A stretch of 64,000 nt of DNA, taken from positions 1,977 to 65,976 of the forward strand of contig CACZGD010000014.1 in NCBI GenBank assembly GCA_902780565.1. The letters run 5' to 3'. Under the pieces are notes generated by a model. The model had not been told where the DNA came from and did not search any database. It worked only from the letters and a program-made list of their open reading frames with translations. The DNA comes from Oscillospiraceae bacterium. GTDB lineage: Bacteria > Bacillota > Clostridia > Oscillospirales > Acutalibacteraceae. Both the position numbers and the translations under genes were made by a program. Shown here one piece after another: positions 52,822-64,000 of this stretch; positions within the stretch are counted from its first letter, which is position 1, and the number at the start of each line of letters is the position of its first letter.

Positions 52822-53895
52822 TCAGAAGAGCACGTTTTTATAACACACCATCGGTTCGTTTTTGTCGTAGTTCCAGCTATGCGCGGCGTCGCCGCGGCAG
52901 AAGGGCAGGTCGGGGCAGGCGCGGCAGGTTTCGTTCCTTTCGCCGAGATTTCCCCGGAAGATCCCGAACCCCTGCTTCCACACGTCCGAAAACCGGTCGG
53001 TTTTCACGTTGCCGAACACCGTTTCGGGACGGCGCTCGATATCCAGGCACGCGCCAATATCGCCGTTCGCCATGATGGAGGCGGTGTAGACCCCGGCGTT
53101 GCACAGCCAGTACCAGTCCCGCACCTCGGCCTCGTACCCGAGCCCCAGATAGTGCGAGCAGCCGTATTCCACGGGGTACCCCGCCCGGCGCTTTTCGCGC
53201 GTGAAATCCATCAGCGTGCGCACGTCCCCGGGGGTCAGCATCAGATCGGGGCGGGACAGCGCCCGTCCGATGGGCTCCAGCGCCGCCACGCGCCAGGAAT
53301 CGATATCGATCCCGCGCATCACCTCGAACAAGGCTTCCAGCTCCCGGATGTTTTTGTGGTTGAACACCGTGGTGATCTGCACCGCATCGAACGCGTTTTC
53401 GTCGATCAGGTTCTGTACGCCGCGCATGGCGCGTTCATAGCCGCCCCGCATCCCGCGCAGCTCGTCGTGGGTCTCCGGTAGGCCGTCGATGGAAACGGAG
53501 ATCGTGCGCATGCCCGTTTCCCGCAGCCTGTGCGCGGTCTCTTTGTCGATCAGCGTGGCGTTGGAGGTCATGCCCCAGACGAAGCCGAGGTCCTTTGCCG
53601 TGCCCATGATCTCAAAAAAGTCGCGCCTGAGCAGCGGTTCGCCGCCGGTGATGCACAGCATCAGCCCCTCGGTGCCGAAATCGGCCTTGACCTCCTCTAA
53701 AATGCGGCGGTAGTCGGCTGCCGTCAGGCTTTCGTCGCCCTCATAGGTGCAGTTGGAGCCGCAGTGGAAGCAGTTGGCGTTGCACCGGAGCGTGAGCTCC
53801 AGAAACAGGTGACGGAGCTTCGGCTCGCGGCAGAGCTTTTCGTGATACGCGGCAAGCTGCGTCAGATGCCGTTCCTTGATCGTTTTCATGGTCAT
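52822..53895 (-). CDS. radical SAM enzyme with C-terminal SPASM/twitch-type auxiliary cluster domain
   Basis: The CxxxCxxC motif is in LELTLRCNANCFHCGSNC, with ITGGEPLLR downstream. The C-terminal Cys pattern is CNAGVYTASIMANGDIGAC...CRACPDLPFC. The ATG at 53895 overlaps the upstream stop (ATGA); an alternative ATG is at 53889. The track ORF extension to 54093 overlaps the upstream gene. Confidence 0.8.
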   Translation of the reverse strand: MTMKTIKERHLTQLAAYHEKLCREPKLRHLFLELTLRCNANCFHCGSNCTYEGDESLTAADYRRILEEVKADFGTEGLMLCITGGEPLLRRDFFEIMGTAKDLGFVWGMTSNATLIDKETAHRLRETGMRTISVSIDGLPETHDELRGMRGGYERAMRGVQNLIDENAFDAVQITTVFNHKNIRELEALFEVMRGIDIDSWRVAALEPIGRALSRPDLMLTPGDVRTLMDFTREKRRAGYPVEYGCSHYLGLGYEAEVRDWYWLCNAGVYTASIMANGDIGACLDIERRPETVFGNVKTDRFSDVWKQGFGIFRGNLGERNETCRACPDLPFCRGDAAHSWNYDKNEPMVCYKNVLF

Positions 53896-54326
53896 TCCCT
53901 CGCGGCGGTCGTGGGCGGCGGGCCGTAGAGCGGCGCGGCGGTATTTTCCTCCGGCACGAAGGCGGTGGAGAGCTCCGCTGCATCCTCTTTCGTCACGTCC
54001 GGCGGACCGTAGAGCGTGGGAGCCTCGTTCTCCTCCGGGGAGAAGTCGGAGGGCGCGTCGGCGGTCTCCTCCTGCTCCTGCGACGTGAACCACTCCGGCG
54101 GTCCGTACAGCGCCACGTTTTCATTATCGGACGCGTCGAACCAGTCGGGCGGCCCGTAGACGTCCTCCTGCACGTTCGTCCCGGGGTCAAAGGAACCGGG
54201 GTCCGTCGGCGGCGGGCCGTACAGACTCTCCTGCACGTTGCAGCCGGGCAGCAGAACGGCGGAGGCGGCGACGCCCCCGGCAAGGATCGCGGCAGCAGTG
54301 CGCCTGCTGGGCTTTCTCGGTTTCAT
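53892..54326 (-). CDS. secreted (lipobox-like LPGC) acidic protein with five N-x4-[ILV]-YGPP repeats
   Basis: The start MKPRKPSRRTAAAILAGGVAASAVLLPGC follows an AAGGAG SD. The repeats are CNVQESLYGPP, TNVQEDVYGPP, DNENVALYGPP, ENEAPTLYGPP and ENTAAPLYGPP. Confidence 0.65.
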   Translation of the reverse strand: MKPRKPSRRTAAAILAGGVAASAVLLPGCNVQESLYGPPPTDPGSFDPGTNVQEDVYGPPDWFDASDNENVALYGPPEWFTSQEQEETADAPSDFSPEENEAPTLYGPPDVTKEDAAELSTAFVPEENTAAPLYGPPPTTAARE

Positions 54327-54458
54327 ACGTACGCTCCTTTCGGTTTTCTCTTCCGGTTTCAGTGTATCACACTTTCCGCGGTCCGTCAAGTAGACCGGCA
54401 AGGAAAAAACAGAACGCCGCGGCAGGCGCGGCGTTCCCGTTTCCATTGACTCAAACGG

Positions 54459-54827
54459 TCATTCCTTCTCGGTTTTCCGGATCCCGCGCGGCGGACCGTA
54501 CAGCGGCACGGCGACGTTGCGGCGCGGATCGAAGGGCGGTTTTTTCGGCGCGGGCGGTACGACCCCGTCCTCGGGCGGCAGCGGAAGACCCGTCTCCGGA
54601 TCGAAGGACGGGCGGGATTCATCCGCCTGCTCTTCACCTTGCAGGATCACGCCGTCGTCCGGCGCGGGCGGTCCGTAAACGTCGATCGGCTCGTTCTCCT
54701 CCGGCTGAAACGCGTCGCCCCCGCGCTTTGCAAGCATCTCCGGCGGACCGTAGATGCAAACGGGCACGTTTTCCTTCGGCGCAAACGCCTTCTTTTTCTT
54801 GGGCGCGAATATGCCCTTCAGACGCAT
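54459..54827 (-). CDS. small basic/Pro-rich protein with three N-x4-[ILV]-YGPP repeats, no signal peptide
   Basis: 122 aa with an AGGAGG SD 8 nt upstream. The repeats are ENVPVCIYGPP, ENEPIDVYGPP and RNVAVPLYGPP. Confidence 0.6.
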   Translation of the reverse strand: MRLKGIFAPKKKKAFAPKENVPVCIYGPPEMLAKRGGDAFQPEENEPIDVYGPPAPDDGVILQGEEQADESRPSFDPETGLPLPPEDGVVPPAPKKPPFDPRRNVAVPLYGPPRGIRKTEKE

Positions 54828-54848
54828 GGCGCTCCCCTCCTTTTCTCC

Positions 54849-54877
54849 ATCCTACCATACACACGGAAGAAAGTCAA
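54849..54877 (-). promoter_or_regulatory. sigma-A type promoter for the YGPP/radical SAM unit
   Basis: The minus strand reads TTGACT-17 nt-TAGGAT with a TGn extended -10. It lies downstream of the tuf terminator. Confidence 0.5.
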
Positions 54878-54963
54878 GTGCGACCCGCTGCCCCCGCGCA
54901 CCCGTGTACCCGTGCACCCGCCGGGCAACGCCCGGCTTACAATGCCGACCGCAGGTCCCGCCA

Positions 54964-54995
54964 TTTTTAAAAAATGCCGCCCTTGCGGACGGCAT
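54964..54995 (-). terminator. intrinsic terminator after tuf
   Basis: The minus strand reads ATGCCGTCC-GCAA-GGGCGGCAT followed by TTTTTTAAAAA. Confidence 0.8.
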
Positions 54996-55009
54996 TCTCT
55001 TAAAATTGC

Positions 55010-56209
55010 TTATTCAGCGATGTCGATGACGACGCCGGAACCGACGGTTCTGCCGCCTTCACGGATAGCGAAGCGAAGACCCTTTTCGATAGCGATGGGG
55101 GTGATCAGCTCAACGTCCATGTCGACGTTATCGCCGGGCATGCACATCTCGGTGCCCTCGGGCAGGGTGATGACGCCGGTCACGTCGGTGGTTCTGAAAT
55201 AGAACTGCGGACGATAGTTGTTGAAGAAGGGGGTATGTCTGCCGCCTTCATCCTTGGTCAGGACGTACACCTGGCCGGTGAACTTGGTGTGAGGATGAAT
55301 GGAGCCGGGCTTCGCAAGAACCTGACCTCTTTCGATGTCGGTTCTGTTGACGCCACGAAGCAGGCAACCGATATTGTCGCCGGCCTCGGCATAGTCGAGG
55401 AGCTTGCGGAACATTTCGATACCGGTCACGACGACGGTTCTCTTCTCATCGGTCAGACCGACGATCTCAACGGATTCACCGAGCTTCAGCTGGCCGCGCT
55501 CCACTCTGCCGGTAGCAACGGTACCACGACCGGTGATCGTGAACACGTCTTCGACAGGCATGAGGAAGGGCAGGTCGGCCTTACGGTCGGGCGTGGGAAT
55601 ATAATTATCGACAGCGTCCATGAGTTCCCAGATGCACTTCAGCTCGGGGGCGTTGACATCGTTGCCGTTGTACTCGAGGGCCTTCAGAGCGGAACCCTGG
55701 ATGATGGGGCAATTCTCATCGAACTCGTACTCGGCGAGGGTCTCGCGGATCTCCATCTCAACAAGCTCAAGGAGCTCGGGATCGTCGACCTGGTCAACCT
55801 TGTTCATGAAAACGACGATCGCGGGCACGCCGACCTGACGGGCAAGAAGCAGGTGCTCCTTGGTCTGCGCCATGGGGCCGTCGGTCGCGGCGATAACGAT
55901 GATCGCGCCGTCCATCTGCGCAGCGCCGGTGATCATGTTCTTGATATAGTCGGCATGGCCGGGGCAGTCCACGTGCGCATAGTGACGCTTTTCGGTCTCA
56001 TATTCCACGTGAGCGGTGTTGATCGTGATACCACGGGCTCTCTCTTCGGGAGCCTTGTCGATGCTGGCGTAATCCATGAACGCAGCGCCGCCCTTCATAG
56101 CGAGGGTCTTGGTGATCGCAGCGGTCAGAGTGGTCTTGCCGTGGTCAACGTGACCGATGGTGCCAATGTTTACATGGGGTTTGGTTCTTTCGAATTTCGC
56201 TTTTGCCAT
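55010..56209 (-). CDS. tuf: elongation factor Tu
   Basis: 399 aa with [17 protein letters not shown] and NKVD. Strong match to EF-Tu along the whole ORF. Confidence 0.98.
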   Translation of the reverse strand: MAKAKFERTKPHVNIGTIGHVDHGKTTLTAAITKTLAMKGGAAFMDYASIDKAPEERARGITINTAHVEYETEKRHYAHVDCPGHADYIKNMITGAAQMDGAIIVIAATDGPMAQTKEHLLLARQVGVPAIVVFMNKVDQVDDPELLELVEMEIRETLAEYEFDENCPIIQGSALKALEYNGNDVNAPELKCIWELMDAVDNYIPTPDRKADLPFLMPVEDVFTITGRGTVATGRVERGQLKLGESVEIVGLTDEKRTVVVTGIEMFRKLLDYAEAGDNIGCLLRGVNRTDIERGQVLAKPGSIHPHTKFTGQVYVLTKDEGGRHTPFFNNYRPQFYFRTTDVTGVITLPEGTEMCMPGDNVDMDVELITPIAIEKGLRFAIREGGRTVGSGVVIDIAE

Positions 56210-56264
56210 GAGAAAATTGTCCTCCTTATGGTCTTCTTATTTTAGTTTAACATAAACCGAAGTC

Positions 56265-56293
56265 ATTATAACAAATTGCTTCGGGCTTTTCAA
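56265..56293 (-). promoter_or_regulatory. internal sigma-A type promoter upstream of tuf
   Basis: The minus strand reads TTGAAA-17 nt-TATAAT in the AT-rich fusA-tuf spacer. Confidence 0.55.
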
Positions 56294-56322
56294 GTGTATT
56301 TTATAAAATATACCTGAATTTA

Positions 56323-58386
56323 TTACTTCTTACCGATGGAATCCGCAATGTTCTTGGGCACCTGCGCGTAGTGGCTGGGCTCCATGACGTACTGCCCGCG
56401 GCCCTGCGTTTTGGAGCGCAGGTCGGTGGCGTAGCCGAACATCGAAGCAAGCGGAACGTGGGCGTTGACCTGGGTCGCGCCGTTGCGGTTTTCCTGATCG
56501 CGGATCAGGCCGCGGCGGGCGTTGATGTCGCCGATGACGGTGCCGAGATAATCGTCCGGCACGGTAACGGCGATCTTCATGATGGGCTCCATGAGCACGG
56601 GGGCTGCCTTCGCCATCGCGTCCTTGAACGCCATGGAACCGGCGAGCTTGAACGCGAGCTCGGAGGAGTCGACCTCATGATAAGATCCGTCGTACAGCGT
56701 GCACTTCACGTCCACGACCGGGTAGCCGGCAAGCACGCCGGTCTGCATGGCGCCGCGAACGCCGGCCTCGACCGCGGGAATGAATTCCTTCGGGATCGCG
56801 CCGCCGACGACCTCGTTGACGAACTCGAAGCCCTTTTCGGGGTTCGGCTCGATGCGCATCTTGACGTGACCGTACTGGCCGTGGCCGCCGGACTGACGGG
56901 CGTATTTGGTGTCCGTTTCGGCGAGCTTCGTGATGGTCTCGCGGTAGGCGACCTGCGGGGCGCCGACGTTGGCTTCGACCTTGTATTCACGCAGCATTCT
57001 GTCCACGATGATCTCAAGGTGCAGCTCGCCCATACCGGCGATGATGGTCTGCCCCGTCTCCTCATCGGTATAATACTTAAAGGTGGGATCCTCCTCGGAG
57101 AGCTTCATCAGCGCGATGCCCATCTTTTCCTGACCGGCCTTGGTCTTGGGTTCGATGGCGACGCGGATAACGGGCTCCGGGAATTCCATCTGCTCCAGAA
57201 TGATGGGGTGCTTTTCGTCGCACAGCGTATCGCCCGTGGTGGTGTTCTTCACACCCACGACGGCGCAGATATCGCCGCAGTAGCACTGCTCCAGATCCTG
57301 GCGGTGATTCGCGTGCATCTGCAGGATGCGCCCGAGTCTTTCGTTCTTGCCCTTGGTGGAGTTATAGACCGTGGTGCCCGCGACGGCGACGCCGGAATAC
57401 ACGCGCGTAAAGCACAGCTTCCCGACGTAGGGGTCCGCGGCGATCTTGAACGCCAGAGCGGCAAGAGGCGCGTCGTCGGAAACTTCTCTTTCGATCTCGT
57501 CGCCGGTGTTGGGGTCCACGCCCTTGACGGCGCCGATGTCGAGCGGCGAGGGCATATAGTCCACGACCGCGTCCAGCAGCTTCTGCACGCCCTTGTTGCG
57601 GTAAGAGGTACCGCAGCACACGGGGACCATCTCGTTCGCGATGGTCGCCTTGCGGATGCAGGACTTGATCTCCTCGGTGGTCAGCTCCTCGCCCTCGAAG
57701 AACTTTTCCATCAGGGCGTCGTCCTGCTCCGCGACATGCTCGATGAGCTCCGCGCGGTACTGCTCGGCAAGCTCGCGCATGTCCTCGGGGATCTCGACGA
57801 TCTCGGTCTTCAGACCTTCCTTATCGTCATAGATCGTGGCGTTCATTTCCACAAGGTCGATAATGCCCTTGAAATCGCTCTCGGCGCCGATCGGAAGCTG
57901 GATGGGCACGGCGTTGCACTTGAGCCGGTCCTTCATCATGTCGATGACGCGATAGAAATTGGCGCCCATGATATCCATCTTATTGACGTATACCATACGC
58001 GGGACGTGGTATTTATCGGCCTGACGCCAGACCGTTTCGGACTGCGGCTCCACGCCGCCCTTCGCGCAGAGAACGGTCACGGAACCGTCCAGCACGCGCA
58101 GAGAACGCTCCACCTCCACGGTAAAGTCCACGTGCCCGGGCGTGTCGATGATGTTGATGCGGTGGTCCTTCCAGAAGCAGGTCGTGGCGGCGGAGGTGAT
58201 GGTGATCCCCCGCTCCTGTTCCTGCGCCATCCAGTCCATCGTCGCGTCGCCGTCGTGCGTTTCGCCGAGCTTGTGGTTGATACCGGTGTAGAAAAGGATT
58301 CTCTCTGTCGTCGTGGTCTTACCGGCGTCGATGTGCGCCATAATACCGATATTTCTGGTTAATTCAAGCGATACCTTCCTGGGCAT
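56323..58386 (-). CDS. fusA: elongation factor G
   Basis: The start [31 protein letters not shown] follows a GGAGGA SD. The track ORF start at 58398 is an upstream TTG. Confidence 0.97.
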   Translation of the reverse strand: MPRKVSLELTRNIGIMAHIDAGKTTTTERILFYTGINHKLGETHDGDATMDWMAQEQERGITITSAATTCFWKDHRINIIDTPGHVDFTVEVERSLRVLDGSVTVLCAKGGVEPQSETVWRQADKYHVPRMVYVNKMDIMGANFYRVIDMMKDRLKCNAVPIQLPIGAESDFKGIIDLVEMNATIYDDKEGLKTEIVEIPEDMRELAEQYRAELIEHVAEQDDALMEKFFEGEELTTEEIKSCIRKATIANEMVPVCCGTSYRNKGVQKLLDAVVDYMPSPLDIGAVKGVDPNTGDEIEREVSDDAPLAALAFKIAADPYVGKLCFTRVYSGVAVAGTTVYNSTKGKNERLGRILQMHANHRQDLEQCYCGDICAVVGVKNTTTGDTLCDEKHPIILEQMEFPEPVIRVAIEPKTKAGQEKMGIALMKLSEEDPTFKYYTDEETGQTIIAGMGELHLEIIVDRMLREYKVEANVGAPQVAYRETITKLAETDTKYARQSGGHGQYGHVKMRIEPNPEKGFEFVNEVVGGAIPKEFIPAVEAGVRGAMQTGVLAGYPVVDVKCTLYDGSYHEVDSSELAFKLAGSMAFKDAMAKAAPVLMEPIMKIAVTVPDDYLGTVIGDINARRGLIRDQENRNGATQVNAHVPLASMFGYATDLRSKTQGRGQYVMEPSHYAQVPKNIADSIGKK

Positions 58387-58431
58387 AATTTCCTCCAAAA
58401 AAACGAACTGATTGCTGGGGTTGGAGAGCTT

Positions 58432-58980
<549 letters not shown>

Positions 58981-59080
58981 TTATATCTATATATAAATCT
59001 CACATTGGAAATGGGATGCAAGAAGAATTTGTCTGTTCGATAGATGACCTTGCGGTCAGATTTTTGTAATTCCCGAAGAA

Positions 59081-59503
59081 TTACTTTTTCTTGGCCTTCG
59101 CCTTCTTTGCGCCGTACTTGGAACGGGCCTGCATTCTGCCGTTGACGCCCTGCGCGTCGAGGGTCCCTCTGATGATGTGGTAACGCACACCGGGAAGGTC
59201 CTTTACACGGCCGCCTCTGATCAGAACGACGGAGTGCTCCTGCAGGTTGTGACCGACGCCGGGGATATAAGCGGAAACCTCGATCCCGTTGGTCAGCCGG
59301 ACTCTTGCGAGCTTTCTCAGTGCGGAGTTGGGCTTCTTGGGCGTGTCGGTCTTCACGACGGTGCAAACGCCTCTCTTCTGCGGAGAATTGTGATCGGTCA
59401 TCACGTTCTTCTTGGAGTTGAGACCCTTGCCGAGCGCGGGAGCCTTGGACTTCTTTTCCAGAGACTTTCTCGAATTGTGAACGAGCTGGTTAAAGGTTGG
59501 CAA
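59081..59503 (-). CDS. rpsL: 30S ribosomal protein uS12
   Basis: A TTG start at 59503 lies 9 nt after an AAGGAGG SD. The product (M)[12 protein letters not shown]...[10 protein letters not shown]...[14 protein letters not shown] is 140 aa. Confidence 0.93.
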   Translation of the reverse strand: MPTFNQLVHNSRKSLEKKSKAPALGKGLNSKKNVMTDHNSPQKRGVCTVVKTDTPKKPNSALRKLARVRLTNGIEVSAYIPGVGHNLQEHSVVLIRGGRVKDLPGVRYHIIRGTLDAQGVNGRMQARSKYGAKKAKAKKK

Positions 59504-59535
59504 TTTATGGCACCTCCTTGCATATAAAATATGTA

Positions 59536-59567
59536 TCATAAAAGGGAGCGTTATGCAACGCTCCCCC
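59536..59567 (-). terminator. terminator-like hairpin inside the rpsL leader (possible attenuator or partial rpoC terminator)
   Basis: The minus strand reads GGGAGCGTT-GCAT-AACGCTCCC, a perfect 9-bp stem, followed by TTTTAT. It lies between the promoter at 59599..59628 and the rpsL SD. Confidence 0.45.
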
Positions 59568-59598
59568 AATGACCTTCGTGAACTTTGCACACTTGAAC

Positions 59599-59628
59599 AT
59601 TTTATCATCCCGGTTGGCAGTTTGTCAA
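59599..59628 (-). promoter_or_regulatory. sigma-A type promoter upstream of rpsL
   Basis: The minus strand reads TTGACA-18 nt-TAAAAT with a TGn extended -10. It lies 28 nt after the rpoC stop. Confidence 0.55.
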
Positions 59629-59656
59629 CACTTTTTGAAAAAATATTCGTACAGAT

Positions 59657-63301
<3,645 letters not shown>

Positions 63302-63343
63302 CGGCAGGCTCTCCTTCCATTATATATAAATGTAATGTCACTG

Positions 63344-64000
<657 letters not shown>

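Overview
This is a 64-kb window from a high-GC genome (roughly 60-65% GC by eye). EF-Tu, RpoC and BofA sequences and the gene order suggest a spore-forming Clostridia (Oscillospiraceae/Ruminococcaceae-like) organism; this is inference. I found no rRNA, tRNA, CRISPR array, transposase or integrase.

Layout, left to right:
- (1) Start of rplM, minus strand.
- (2) A nine-gene plus-strand cell-surface glycan operon (433-10094): two GT4, glf, GT2, Wzy-like polymerase, pyruvyl transferase, Wzx flippase and an FrhB-like Fe-S protein. It sits behind a near-consensus promoter.
- (3) A minus-strand block (10140-21467): GH43, metallophosphoesterase, CDF transporter, a SHOCT membrane protein, two large glycoside hydrolases (one GH51), GNAT and NUDIX.
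- (4) Two paralogous giant secreted repeat proteins (2441 and 1674 aa). Each has its own promoter and terminator.
- (5) Housekeeping genes glmU-pth-mfd-holA, then an RNase M5-like Toprim gene that looks frameshifted, then mscL.
- (6) A two-gene operon of cohesin+dockerin proteins. One has an N-terminal CHAP-like amidase domain and a low-GC 5' two-thirds, and lies next to a low-GC XRE regulator.
- (7) ABC-F ATPase, manA, bofA.
- (8) A three-gene minus-strand unit: two proteins built from an invariant N-x4-[ILV]-YGPP repeat, followed by a translationally coupled radical SAM/SPASM enzyme.
- (9) tuf-fusA-rpsG-rpsL-rpoC-rpoB, minus strand.

The best candidate for an undescribed system is the YGPP-repeat/radical SAM unit. 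The next candidates are the giant-protein pair, with a shared C-terminal FF[KR]NLFK tail and His/Cys repeat modules, and the CHAP-cohesin-dockerin operon.

Function calls come from reading the translated ORFs against remembered family signatures. No database search was run.
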